A stretch of DNA of 64,000 nt from positions 2,882,902 to 2,946,901 of the forward strand of contig CM082585.2 of NCBI GenBank assembly GCA_040954595.2. The letters run 5' to 3'. The stretch comes from Balanoglossus misakiensis (lineage: Eukaryota; Animalia; Hemichordata). Made by a program: the position numbers and the translations under genes. Within the stretch, counting starts at the first letter, position 1, and every line of letters begins with the position of its first letter. Shown here piece by piece: positions 14,101-29,100 of the stretch. The notes beneath the pieces were generated by a model. It did not search any database, had not been told where the DNA came from, and was given only the letters and a program-made list of their open reading frames with translations.

Positions 14101-17100
14101 CACCAACTGCTGTAACCTATGGAATCCCGTAAATTACAATAATTCTTGGTATCAGAATACAATACCAATGCAAATGAGGACACAGAGTAGAATAATACCT
14201 GGGTCATTGGACTCATCCTCAGCATATCAAACATTTTCTGGGCTTCAGTGTCATGTTTGTAAAAAAAAAACTGGAGATAAATCCATTTACAAAATAGTTT
14301 CCGAAGTACCACAACAAGCTCAGAGTGTAGATGTTGGCAGCGCAGCATCAGCTGATGTGCTAAGTCATGGCCTGTTCAATATGCAAATGTCTTCATGATG
14401 TAGCAAACAAATTTTAGGGTGTTTGAAAACTAGAAAGTTCTCCTGTATCGCTTCATCAAGGTCGTTCACAAAGGGTGTGTAATAATAAGGCTATTCACAA
14501 AATACTGAGATTTATATCTTCACACATCGTCCAGTGGAAGTATTGTCAGAGACATGCAGTGTCAATGACAATACTGAAGCATACGATATACAAGGACATA
14601 AATTCCTGTATTTTGTGAATAAGTATGTGCTCCTTGAAGAGAATGCATTTTGGCAACAGTACTTATGTGAGTTGTTTTGATTACCACAGTTCCTCAACAA
14701 AGTATAAGTGACCGTAATAAATGCATCTCATGCCCCTGTGGAAATTTGTGGTTTTTCAGGTATATCTTCTGTACTAAGACTCTTTTTGGAGATGCTGGAG
14801 AGATCATTGTGGAGGAACTCTTACAGAATGGACAGATGCTGATGAGTGCAGCAATTCATGAAGTCACTGAAAGACTTAATGAAGTCATAGCAGGTATTAC
14901 AGCTGCTCTTTCTATTTTGTGCCATAAAGGGGCACTTTATAGTGAACACCTATTGCCTGGCCATGAGGGCCATAGCAGCCGTTTATTACCCACGAGGGGC
15001 TGTGAGTTACCAGAATCACATGCTATTTCCCGAGGCCGTAGGCCGAAGGAAATACCCTATATATGTTTCTGGTAACTCACAGTCACGAGGGGGTAAAAAC
15101 GGCTGCTATGGCCTGAATATAGGCCAGGCTATAGGTGTTTTATAATAAACCTCATGCTAACAGTTGGGAAAATCTTGCAATTTTCTCTTGAGGTTGGCAG
15201 ACGACATCTTCCGCGGTGGCCATTGTGTCAGACGACGCGACGCTGATTAACGTGACCGAGTCTGCACACTCACGCTGGTCACGTGACCGGTTTATATTTT
15301 TTCTGCTATTTCCCTAGAGGGATTCATAGTCGATTCTATTTTCCTATCACGTGACGAATTAGCATGAGGTATATTATAATGCAACATATGTCTTGTAATG
15401 ATAACATTATTATACATCTGACACCTTTTGATGCTTGTCCATGCATGTTTACAAAAGCTTTTCTGCTGTTTTCTGATGTAAGTGTGATCTCAGTCAGCCA
15501 TTTAAAGCTCAATGCATAGAGTTAATCTTCTCAACATATCCTATGAGTGCACAAGCGGCAATGTTATAGTTTGAAACTTGTATTTACGTCCCGACTTTAA
15601 GTCCCGAATAGTTGGCCAGATAGTCAAAAAAGGAAAATCACATGAATATTAATATGTGTCAAAAGTTACATTTCAGCCAATCAGAAAACATATGTTTACT
15701 TGATTTACTTTAAATTGTTCTTAAAATGCTCTTTAACCCTTTCACCCCCAGTTCTATATGTAGAGGTCCATCCTTACCATAGAAAACAATGAGTTTGGAC
15801 TGAACCATGTTCGTGAAAGGGTTAAAGTGATTTTAGTACATGCTTACCGTAAATTCTCGCAATAAAGCACCATTTTTTAACCATTTCAAATTTTGGTGGC
15901 GCCTAAACAAAGGCAGAAATTTGCCTTTTCAAAAATCGGTGGCGCTTATTCATGGATCGCCCTGTATACTGTACCCTGTTGATTCATATGCAAATGATTT
16001 GGGACGTTCCAATCAGTTTTCTCGTAAGGGGGTTGTCCGCAGTGAATGAATGGCTGTTTCAAATTCATATGGAAAGTTTTAACATTTTCTATTCAAATAC
16101 AGTCAGTTCAATGTATTGTCTAATAAATATTCCAGAAATAAAAAGTTGTCAACAAAGTGAATACTACGAGCAGCATTACAGTATGCTGGCTGAACCATCA
16201 ACAAAATCTACTGACGTATAGTGGTTTAGTCCAAGTGCGTCTTTGTCATGCTCTTACACATGTAAGGTCAGGCAAGGTTGCGTGAATACTCAGGTCGCGT
16301 GAATATTCATGAGAAAATTAATACCGCAAACATTCACAACTTGAAACTAGTCCTATTATTTCAAAGCCCTGGCCATATGGTCAAACTTGGGTGGTGTCTT
16401 TTGCAGTGAATAATAATTTACATAAATTAGGAGGTTGACATGTGCCCGATTTCATCGTGTAAATAAATAGCACATCAGCCCAAAGCATGCATTGTCTGCT
16501 CAGGTCCATTATTATTCACGCAGCAAGCCCCGTGATTCACGTAAGTCCACAGACCTCAAAAAAAAATTCCTGGCGCTTAATTTTAAGTAAAAAGTAGCAA
16601 AGTCAGGTATCACTGGCGCCTAATCATGGGTGGCGCTTAATTGCGAGAATTTACGGTATTTCTAATATTAATATGAATATTTTCTATGTAGAATTTGTTT
16701 TGCAAGTTGCTTGCAATCAACTAATTGTTCTGTCAATATTCCCAGATAATAATAAAATTGAAGAGAGCTTTGTGAGGGACAAGTTCATTGACTTGGTGAA
16801 CACTCACTTTGTTCAAAGAATTGCAAATCTACCTGTGGATAGTGGATCCAGCCAATCACCATTGCCAGACTTGGATATCAGTGAAAAAGATTTGTATGAA
16901 ATACCAATGTGCATGATGGAAGGAGGTAAGAATATTGTTAAAAGTTAGAATATTGTCATTTTCCTGATATTTATATATTTTGTTTATCAATGAATGTTAG
17001 AACCAAATATGAAGAGTGTTCCTGTGCTACTTTTCCAGTTGGGGGAGGGGGGGGGGGGGTCTCAAATTTTGTGGAAAATGCATTTTTCCTGCACTCCTAA

Positions 17101-20100
17101 TGCTATGGTTTTCCTGTGGTGAAAATATCTGTGGTGACATAGTGTTTTCTTTATATCATTTAATAATACACATCTTTTGGCAACTTTTGTGAACATTTCA
17201 AGAAAATTACAAAATTTTAACACTGTGTAACACTGTTATTTTCAAATTCTACATGTAAGGCTATGGAATTTGAAAACCACGCACTGTATCTGGGTAGTCA
17301 TCTACTTAAGTAATTAAGTTTTAAATAATCCCATACATGCTTTTAATTATGTCTATAATATGAAATAATTTGATCTGCTGTATCTACATACATGTGTATA
17401 TAAGGTTTTGCCAAAATGTTTGCATCCCAAGATTAATGTTTACACTTCAGTAAACCAACATATACATGTAGCAAATCACTTTGCTGGGTAAATTTGCGAT
17501 ATTCGTGAATGAATAAAAGATGTTTTAGCGAATTTTTTTGTTGAAACATCGTCTGTGCTGTGATTTCCTGCATAGATTTTACACTGGTACTGGGACTTTT
17601 AATACTCAACTCCCAACCCGATACTTTGACTACAAGAGCCGACTTCTCTTTGTTTGCTGATTTCTCCTTGTGAGCCAACGACCAATTAGGATTATATGTA
17701 GATTGCCACAAAATCTATCCTCCTCTCTGGTTTCATATGTCATTCAGTAGTCAGGGAGATGTGCTGTTTCGATCACTCGGGTGACATGATCCCAGACACC
17801 TTGCGAGGTTGATCAGTATACACATGATGACTGACAATGAGGGCAACAGTGTATTTTGACGACCAAGGGCTCTGCTAGTCACAACTAAAACAGTCTTGTT
17901 TTCCCGAGAGCATAGCCCGAGGGAAAACAGACTGTTTTGGTGTGACTGGCAGTCCCGAGGTCATCAAAAATACACTGTTGCCCGAATATGTCAGTCATCA
18001 TGTGTTATAACACACCAAACAGTCGCATCGATGACCCATATTAGGAGTTGCTTATTAGCATAAAAATTAACATATCATTAATATGTAGAACGCGATCTGA
18101 CCAATGACGCGCCCGGAAAGCCGCGCCTCTCACCCATTTCCCCGCCCTTTGTTAAGAAAATCACGACTTTTTCTTTTCAAATGTAAATTTTGGGGTCAAA
18201 TACGCTGTTTGGGGATATCCCGTCAATTGAAAATAAGAAAGTACGAGTCAAACTTGCTACCAAGTCAATAAGAAAATTTTTCACCAGTGCTTTTGTGAAA
18301 TATTTAATTTTGATTTTGGCGTCTAAGCTACTTTTCGAGGATTTCGCCTGAAAGATGGCGTTATTAGACAGAGCGTATAGATTGAAGGCGTTCATCGAGA
18401 GCCAAAGTTTCCTAGTGACGGTGATCACCTGACTTGTCTATATCACCGCGCACAGCAACCAAAACAAAAAGCGACCTTTTAAGGACATGCACCCCCAAAA
18501 GACATACATGTACTAGTATACTGTTAGACAGTTACATGTAAACAACGCCGTTGAAATATGATGCGGACGCCTGGGAAGTATACAGGCACTTGAAATGGGT
18601 GCCGCCCACCCGTCTCCTCGCCCCTCGCTAGACAGATGATGGCCGCATATTTCCTAAAACCATGGAGGTACTAAGAGATGCCAAAGGAACGCCCGTTGTC
18701 TTTATTCTAGACGATGTGGTTGCGTTATGGTTGTGCAAAGTTTGATTTTGCCGATACTACTCCCCTCTACTGTTCAGCATGTAACTGCGTGCTGCCCACC
18801 CTCACCGCATGTACGTCGCCTCACAAACAGGCTGACAGTCATGATTGTAGCTATAGCCTGGACAAATGATTGTTTATTTCGTCCTACGTAACATCAAAGG
18901 TTGTCATTTCACCACGATCATAATAAGCTCTACCGTTTTAATTTTGTTGTGAGCCAACTTAAACTTTGAGCGGCTGGGCTGGAAATAATAATCCCCCTTC
19001 ATGTAGTAATGCAAAGTAATGAGTTGCGACTTACAGACTAATAAACACTATGTCGAAACACGTCAGTCACTCTTTATTGCGGAGGAACGTCGTCGACTGA
19101 GGACGAAAATATTGTTTGAACACCAGCGCAGCCAGCCTGTACGGTTTCCAGTTGGTCAGTTCGCCGTTTTACTGCCACTTGCCTGCCCTTATCCGTCAAG
19201 GTCGTCAATTCATACACCAAGTCACGTCATGTTCCCTACCTTTATTCGAAGAGTAACCCTCATGTTTGATTGTCGAAAACGTAGACAAATTCTTATTCCA
19301 TCACGAAAACAATTATTACCAGCGATCGACAGACTGACAGTATGAAGATCAAAAGTCATAGGTCAAAGGGTACGGTTGAGGTCCGTTTTTTTCCGTGACG
19401 AGTTTCAGTGTGATGCAAAATATTCAATTCAGTCGCATAACTAAAATCAATAGATAAATGTAAAAACTGTCTACTGGTACTTGTCTTTTGAATGATGTAT
19501 GGCCCTGAAGAAAGGTCGTGTGTTTTGGTTGCGATGATACCAGTCAGGTGACCACCGTCACTTCATTTCATGCATCGGTCTGTCTAATACCAGGTCGCCA
19601 TCTTTCAGGCGAAATCCTCGAAAAATAGCGTAGACGCCAAAATCAAAATTAAATATAGCTGTGAACAGCAATAAGCGGGTTTCGAGACACTACTAGCCCT
19701 ATTGGTTCGCCTGGAGATAGATTTGTGCATATTTAATTACTGCATTAGTTGTTCTATCACTCCAAATGCCAAGGGTGTATGTGCTGTGGATGCTGAGATG
19801 TGGAAAAGTAGGTCAAAGGTCACGTGAGGTCACGCTTAATATGAGCAGAAAATGTTTACGCTATACTGGTCCATGTCAAACAAAAACCAGACCTGTAGCC
19901 CTACTGGTTTGCCTGGAATTAGGTATGCACATAATTAATGAGTTAGGCAGGTGTCACAGGTGACTCTAAAATTTGGCTTCTTATTTTGGTCCCGTCCACC
20001 CAAACACCTAAGCTGTACCTGCTCTGGATGCCGAGATATGTGAAAGTAGGTCAAAGGTCACCCAAGGACATCCAAAGTTTGGGAAAAAAAATTGTCCCCA

Positions 20101-23100
20101 TACTGGTCCACGTCCGACAAAAACCAGACCTGTAGCCCTATTGGTTTGCCTGGAATTAGGTATGCACATAATTAATGAGTTGAGCAGGTGTCACAGGTGA
20201 GCCTTAAATTTGGCTTCTTATTTTGGTCCCATCCACCCAAACACCTGAGCTGTACCTGCTCTGGATGCTGAGATATGCGAAAGTAGGTCAAAGGTCACCC
20301 AAGGTCACCCAAAATTTGGGAAAAAAATTTGACCCCATACTGGTCCATGTCCGACAAAAACCAGACCTGTAGCCCTATTGGTTTGCCTGGAATTAGGTAT
20401 GCACATAATTAATGAGTTGAGCAGGTGTCACAGGTGAGCCTTAAATTTGGCTTCTTATTTTGGTCCTATGCTGCAGACTATTGCACCGACCAGAATTCTA
20501 CAAAACTATGTGGCCATAGCTTAAGTATAGTGGAATAAGTATAGGTATAGATTTCATAAAAAAATTAATATAAAAAAATCGGTCGATTTTCCATATTATT
20601 TTTTCCAGTTGGAACTGATTGTCGGAAGGTAGGCTAGCTGCACACAAAATTTGAAGCTGATCAGCCCAGCGGATGTTGAGATATTGGGCATAAATCTAAA
20701 ATCCTAGGGGGCCATTGCTTAACCATGGAAAGTATAGGCCAATGGCTGGGTCCAATGGTCATGGAAAATATGAAAAATAATGCTTTAAAAATCATCTCCT
20801 CAAAATCGGCAAGGACTTAGACTTTGAAATTTGGCATATAGGACCCTGGCCATATGGTCCACAAAGTTTCTGAACAGAATTTGGATTCTTCATTTTTTAT
20901 GCAAATTAGACCAATTTAAATGTTTAAATCCAAGATGGCTGCCAGGTCATGTGACCTGTTGCCATAGTGACATGATCAAAAAATTACTTGCTTTGAGTTT
21001 TACCTATGAGCCAAATTTCAAGTCATTGGGTGCAACAGTCTTCGAATAGCGGCTGTTTTTAAAAGTGGGAAGAAGAATAATAATAATAATAAAAAACAAC
21101 ACGATTTCAAGAGGGTTTCGAGACCCCTCTGGTCTCGAAACCCTAAATATTTCACAAAAGCACTGGTGAAAAATTTTCTTATTGACTTGGTAGCAAGTTT
21201 GACTCGTACTTTCTTATTTTCAATTGACGGGATATCCCCAAACAGCGTATTTGACCCCAAAATTTACATTTGAAAAGAAAAAGTCGTGATTTTCTTAACA
21301 AAGGGCGGGGAAATGGGTGAGAGGCGCGGCTTTCCGGGCGCGTCATTGGTCAGATCGCGTTCTACATATTAATGATATGTTAATTTTTATGCTAATAAGC
21401 AACTCCTAATATGGGTCATCGATGCGACTGCCAAACACGACACACACCACATCCAGGCAACAGTACCGGGCAGAAACCGATCGAACTGATGCCCTAGGGA
21501 ACAGTTCGAAATGACTAAGGTCACGATGGAGGGTTCGCTGCATGGTGTGTTATAACATTGTCTACCTCATATACAATATGGCAGTTGTCGACAAACATAC
21601 ATGGGATATTACAGGGTGACGATCATCTTATTCACATGTGCCAAACCAGAGATTATGGTTACAAAAATTGTATACAGTCAATGCCATAAGGCAGTGTGAT
21701 GTCCTAACCACAGACAAGATGGCGGTGACCAGTCTGTGTCGGAGATCGGGAAAAGACAGAAAATTAGGTGAAAAGAAGGGACACAACAATTGAACTTTTG
21801 GCTTTGCTCAGAACTGTTTAAAGGGACAAAGTCTCTCTCTCGCTGCCCTTTTTCTATTATTTATGTTTTATGCAAGACACCGCTTATGTTATTGTACATG
21901 TGGATATATAGTGAATCAACAATCTACCACACACAACTTCTATCCCGTTTGTAGGATATGAGTGTAAAAATCTTGCCAAAATGAATAAATGGTAGAGAGC
22001 CATTATTCATTTTGATGGATTTTTCACTCTTGAGTCTACAAGCCGGCTTGAAGATGTTTGTGGTTGAAAGTTAATTCACTATAAAATAGTATATATCCAC
22101 ATGTAGAATAATATGGACAGTGTCTTGTATCAAACATAATTAATGAAAAAAATGGCAGCGAGAGAGAGACTTTGTCCCTTTAATTAGGAAACATATTCAG
22201 CTGTGAGAACATATGCTGCTTTAAACACTCATCCTTCAGATGTCAAAAAGTTCGGACAGTGGGTAGGGAAACCTTCTTCCACATCTGCCCACTTTGGGCA
22301 GGCGGAAGAAACTTTCTTTTTTGGGGGATAATAATTTCAATCAACTATTGAACTCAGCAACACCCCCGGCATACATGTAGAACACTTGACATACTGAAGA
22401 ATATTTATAACAGGGATGTGGAACTTGAATCTGACCCTAATTCTATCAGACTTTTCAGTGCATCTATAGTTTGATTAAATTTTATAATTTTAACGAAATC
22501 ATATATTTCTATAGGTCAATCTCAAACCCACAAAAGGAAACGATCAATAGATGAAGAAGTTAGGCAGCGGACCAAACGACAAAGAACCGATTCAACAATG
22601 TCTGAGGACTTTGGTGAGGTAAGACCTGTTAATTAAGTTAAAGCCCTAATAGTGCCTTTTTTTGCATTTATTTTAATGATTTTACTTTCAAATTGAGATT
22701 GGTCCATTTAATTGAGCTTACTGGTGGGTATACAGACATTATCGACCTCTGATTATTAAGGCTGTATATTTAAATATGAACAAGTTAAATAATAAAGGGG
22801 TGACACACCTGTTTATTTGGCTGCCCATTGCAAGAGTACACAACTATCTTGGTATGTGCACATGGGTATTGAAATCTCCACAAATGCAAAATAGTATAGT
22901 CTATTGGGTAAAGATAAGAAGATTGGGATACTTTAGTATCATTAAAAATATGCTAAATGTGGCAACTTTTGGGGCTTTATTGTATGAGGATATAGGCCAA
23001 AAAAGATAACAGAGCTTACGTCAGGTAAGACCTCACTCTCTGTCAAGTGTATACAGATAAAAGGTATGTGAATTGAAAAATCCACCGGAAAATATTTTAT

Positions 23101-26100
23101 ATCCAGCTGTGTCATAATGCAGTCAGTCAAGTTCTCATGTGTGAATGCAGAAGCCAAACTCTAAGAGCACTCCGTTGTTTGAGAAGGGGCTGAGTCTGCT
23201 AAACACGTCATGTACTTGTATGTACAGGTCCTAAAGTACAATATGGGATCACAAACTGTGACTCCCTGTTTTCCCGGAATGCAGTCTGAGACTGGTCCTG
23301 GTTTTCATGTAAATGCATGTGCTCAAGTCCACTTTTTATCCACAGACTTCAGTGGATTCTAGGGCTCAGCCGATCACAAAGACTGTTGAACCAGTCAGGG
23401 GAATTACAAGTAGACTTGCACTATAGTAGATTATACGCGTCCTTACAGCTATCACACAATGTAAGACTAAGAACCTATTTTTGCTTGTGCTAAGCCTCTA
23501 TAAAAATATCCAGTCACATGAAGTGAGGCATAAAACGTGGTTTGTTGATATTTTGGTTATGAACGTTTGTGGGCCTTCAATCAATCATTTATCAGATACG
23601 ACCGTCCGCAGTGCCCAAAAGACTTACGCTACATGTTGTTATTTCGTAATCACACCGATCGAACACTGATACCTCGTGTGGATGCATGCACCATGTCATT
23701 TGTCAACGGTTTTGTGAATTGAACACCAATTTCAAGGGAAATGCTCGTAGTTATGTATCCCACAATCAGCGAAAATAGAGCCCAACCGTGAAAAAAAGAT
23801 TCATGTGGAACAAAAACGCATATTTCCTTCCTCTGACTTCTGTAAGAACGGCGATTAACCACGCAGAATTACCCCTCATGTGTGTATTGTAATCACATGG
23901 GTCAGTCTCTGACACAAGGATACCAATGCCCCTTTCTTGACATATAAAAATTCAGATATTTATTTACAACTAACTTGGATGTAATGAATAAATTTTGAGC
24001 AATTAATTTATTAAGTGTGGAGCCTGCAGGCCTTTCTTGGCGGGAGATTGACGCATGTTGTTTACGTTACCATGGCGCCATAGAAGTAGTAACGCTATTT
24101 AGCATATCACGTGCACTAAATAACACCCACTGGTTGGTGTATTCACAAGTTCATAACATATAATATTTAAAGCCTTACCACCCCGCTCAAGAATATTGCC
24201 TATTGTAATAAGGATTGGGTCAGATCGTTGTTATCGTAGGCGAATTCCGGAGCGGAGTGACTAAGATCGGGTGGGCGGGTGGGGAATTACCAAATCTCCC
24301 CCTCCCCTCCCATCCCCTCCCCTCCCCTCCCTTTACCTATGGAGTTTTCTCATCAACCGCTAGCACTGCTTACTCTCGTGGTTGAAGTGTGGGAAGTGTG
24401 CTCTAGGTACCGAACGTACTATATATATGGCCCTAATGAATATTCATTAGCTCATTAGCATATGCGGATTAATTATCGCGGTGTGATGCGGTTTTAAATA
24501 ATATAATATTTAAAGCCTTACCACCCCGCTCAAGAATATTGCCTATTGTAATAAGGATTGGGTCAGATCGTTGTTATCTACGGCAAAACTCGCTTCTCTT
24601 CATTATCTATGCAATTACCATAAGAACCCTACTCATGTTCCCATACCTTAAATACCCCATATCCATCAGCTCACTCAATTATATTTCCCAAACCTATTGA
24701 CACTGAAATATAACCCATATACATTCTATAGGTTCTGTTATTTGGATGTGATCATATGTTTTGATCCATCATGTCTTTATTTTCACAACTTACAAATACA
24801 TGATTAATAGTCACCATGGCAATTACAGCAGAAAAGCAATCTCTTCACATGCTAGTACTACTAATAATATGATAGACACTAATATTTACATTATGATTAC
24901 ACAGGGATAACAGCACGCTGTATGTGCTTAAATATTCCATATCCATTATTATTTACTTATCTATATGTACACATCAGAAGGCTTGAGAAAAACCCGTCAA
25001 TTTATTTGCCTGTTCATACTCTTGTGTCAAGACCGTGTTCATATCAACTGTTTTTCTAAGTTTCTCAGCCGGCCCCTGGGCTGCTGATACTTGTGACAAT
25101 TTTGTATAATGATGTGCCATATCTTTTGACTTCCATCCAATATGACGTAACAAGTCGTCTACTTGTGCCCCCGCTAATGATAACGAGATGGCACAAGCAC
25201 TTCTACAGCCATGGGGTGTTTCCCCTTGATCTAAATTCAGCTCCTGCAAATACGTTTTAAGGCGACCATAGACTGCCTGTGACGACAGAGGGCGTTGGTC
25301 TACCTCACCACTTGGTGTCGTTGGGCGGAACATGTGTCCCCTTCTTAAATTTATCCCAATCCTCTCTGCTAGAGTGATGTATTGCTCGATGGCGTATACT
25401 GGACAGATCCCTACATCTATACATCGCTTGATTGCAAACATGTTTGATGTAGCACCTCTTAATGTTTTCCCGTATGTATGGTTGAATATAAAACCTGAAT
25501 TATCTGGGAAACGGAGAATTTCCTGTGTTTTGACATTACCCAGATCTCCCGCTCTATCTCCGGAGAACATTAGAACTTTGAAGAAGGTTATATCACGAGC
25601 CAGTATATAAATCTGACCAATTGTCGTGGCTCTGGCTAATTTATTAAGAATGTGCCCAAATATCAACTTCATCTTCTGCAAAAACAAGGGTTTCGCTTGT
25701 TTTGGCATAACGTGTGCCTTGGCTTGCTCTTCTGACATTTTTTTAATATATCTTTCTACCATAATTGATTTGGTCGGGTTATCTCGAGGCAGTTGTTGAA
25801 AAAATGCACTCATTTTTGATACCATATTTTTTAATGTGCCAGATGTCAGGCGTTTTGGACATTGACAAGGCATGTGGCCTTCCCTCCCATAATAATCACA
25901 TATGTCCTGATGTACTTGCGTCTTTGCGTCTTTATCCTTGTATATAAGAAATTTCACGATATGCTCTGGTTTTACTCCCGCCAGACCCACCTGCCCGGGA
26001 ACTGCGCTCATGAAGGATTCAAGTTGCTGTATAATCCTGTCCTTTTGTATCTCATATGGAGACCTGTGTCCCAGCACCTCGTGCATACGTTGGTCTATCG

Positions 26101-29100
26101 CGAGTAGATTTGGTGTATTGACAATCTTGGTATGATTTCGTGGAGGCTTAATTGGCGCTAGCAATGTTGAACACATCTGACACTGTGTCTGTTGCTCATC
26201 GTTTCTTACTCCACACATCCAGCACAAAATCTGTGGATAGGAGATAATGCATAAATAATGACCACGAACTTACGTATATTCATTTGTTTACTTTATTTAT
26301 GTTTGAACATACTATGATAGAGAGAATTATGTGTAAAAACATCTTCTCATGATATATCTACGTGTATATTATACTCTATCGCCTAGAGACACAGCATACA
26401 AGTCACACTTGAGACTACGTGGTGCATAACCGTACTTTGTTGGTATAAGGATCACATCGTCTTCTCCGTGTTCTCCTATCTGCTGAATGTCCACTGCCTT
26501 TTGGCGTATGAGTGGCCAGAACGGTGGAGTGAATCTGTGTCTGGGTACGATCACTGTAGCCTTATAGCCTCGCTGAATAACGTGTCGGAGGACAGCATGT
26601 ACCAGTACAAAGGGTGGATATATATACAGCTTGTCATCCCTCGAGAAGCTATGGTGAAATATATTCACACCTTCACAGCCAGGCTGTTTGAATGGGGCCA
26701 CGAACCTCGGCAATTTTGTATTGGAACTGTTTGCCATGGCATCTGTCTGGTGTGGCCCGAACAATTTCTGAACCTTTTCCCACGCTTTGGGGGTTAGTGC
26801 AGCGTCCATCGGCGATATCTCTCTTGACGGCGCGTCTGCTTTATTGTCTGATGACTTCACGTATCTAAGCATCAGCCTGATGTTATTATCCACGCACCAA
26901 TGAAACAACTTGCGGACTACTTCATTGAGGGCGACTGATTTGGCTCCCGGGGTACCCTTTGCCCATACTTGTATCAATACCATGGAGTCCACATTTGCGT
27001 CAACACGCTTGTCCCGTGTTACTTCTTGAAACGCCATCAGAGCTCTCAGCAATGCCTCGGCCTCCTTTAGCACTATTGGTTTTCCCGCCCATTCGTTCTC
27101 CCACATATCGCTGACTATGATATCAGAATCCACCTCATGACTTTGGTGTAATATCGCACCCCATTTATATGAGCTAGCATCGGTGGAGATGGAAATCTCA
27201 ACGTGTTCTTCTATAGGCCATTTAAATTTCTGCGCGCTTTCAACTATTCTAACCCATTCCATTAGCTCCCCTCTGAGGGCGCTCTTTAAAGCTATCACGG
27301 ATCTCGCTGTAGAATTGGCTTTTGCCACTACGGTCGCCATTTGTCTGATATACAACCTAGCACATGGTATGGCTAAGGATAGCGAAATGCATTTGCCCAT
27401 GATCTTCTGAATTAGGGATAGGTGGGTCATTTTTGCTTGTAAGACCCCATTAACTAGCTCCAAGAATGAGCATTTTTTCTTCTCTGGTATGGAGAAAGCC
27501 ATATCTACGGTGTCTACAGTCAGACCCAACATCACCAAGCGTTGGACTGGTTTCAACACGCTTTTGTCTAGTGATATAAAGTATCCAGCATCGATGCACG
27601 TTTTTAACAAAATGTAGGCTGCGGCCTCTGCCAATTGTGCCTTACCCCAATTCTGTTGATTTTTCCCTCTGGGCAGGCGCAGTGCGCCCCCATGCCGGTC
27701 ATCTATGTATTGTATACATGGTACACCTAAGGATCTGACATAACTAGTAATACAGTAACCTACTGTCTGATATATATATGCAGATAATTTCCATCCAAAT
27801 GGCAGTGTATTGCAAATATACCAGGGCTCGAAATTCGCGGTAGCCCCGCGTCCACAGACTACCAATGTTTGCGATCGGGCTACCAATTTGACACCAGCGG
27901 TAGCCCGATTGGGCTACCATGCGTGCGACGTATCTTGGACTTGTTACAGTTTATAATGATACAACCAGCAGTGTTTTCTCCAGGACGCGCGATTCCCCCT
28001 CTTTTACACTTGAATCATGGCCCCTTTATGAGCAGCCCACCCGGCCAGTACATGTGCGTCAAGCCTCCGTAGCATGCACCGTCAGTCAAAACACTGGGAA
28101 AACGGCCGATATTACTGCGTGCTGGCCTATACATTTTAACTTCCCACCCCCCAAAACTATGTTGTAGATGACTTTCACATTCAATTACGTGTAATTTAGC
28201 TCCAGGGCTATAGTGTGCAATTGTTGGAACAGCCTATCTGGACACCGTCTAAATTTAGAGCACATGCTCTGCACTCAAGTGATGGCTGAACGTAACAATT
28301 TTATGCAAATTAAAAGAACTGCGTTCATCTCAGTTTTCCATGACCTTGTTTGGAAGGAAAGTCATTCAATATGTACAGAGACTGTCCATTTGAGTAGTGT
28401 GCTTAGCCACAGATGGGAAGTGTTGGCAGAAATCTGAAGGAATATATACTACTTCAATTTATTTCACTATAATAATGGTTTCAAAATCTATTATTTTGGC
28501 AGCTAAAAAAACTGAAACTTTTAAAAAATCAAACAAGAATTTTTTTACCAGGTATAGTATTAAAGACAGACACTATTGTTTTTGCAGTTGCATTTATTTT
28601 ATTCATTTCACTCTCCTTGCCAGGGGAGCAGTTAGTCACTCTCCTACCACTTGTGTAATTAATTTCAGGAGATTATTTTCAGCTCTCCAGGCTTTTTTTT
28701 AAATTACATGCCCTGAAAGTTATGCAAGTTGGTGTCTTCCTCTGCAAGACCTACTAATTTAAAGAAGAAAAAACTGTAACTGTTAATTTGTTGTCAAGTT
28801 CACATGTAAAATGTTGTAATTTACTAATACTGTTTTTAATATGGAATGAAGGCAGTTAGTAAGTTAACGTTCAAAATTGTCATTCGTGACATTTACTTCG
28901 ACCAAATCCCCCCTTAATTTTGGACTAAGGGGGACATTCCCCCTTCTCTCAACATCCTGGAGAAAACACTGGGTTCAACCGGCCGCGGACTCGTGTGCAT
29001 TTTGACACGTGTCAATCAACAATATAATTGTTCACCATAGCAGTATGTAGGTATATTAAAAATTTACCAACGTTCTCAAACAGATATAGACCTACTACCG

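Noticed and set aside
16940-17260. Inverted similarity with ~39160-39515 as a long-range pre-mRNA pairing or duplication
   Set aside because: Diverged copies of a dispersed repeat; nothing indicates function.
27822-27886. N-terminus MVARSQ... of the 505-aa ORF and C-terminus of the 323-aa ORF (29076-29237)
   Set aside because: Both are read-through into the inserted hAT-like element, not part of RT.
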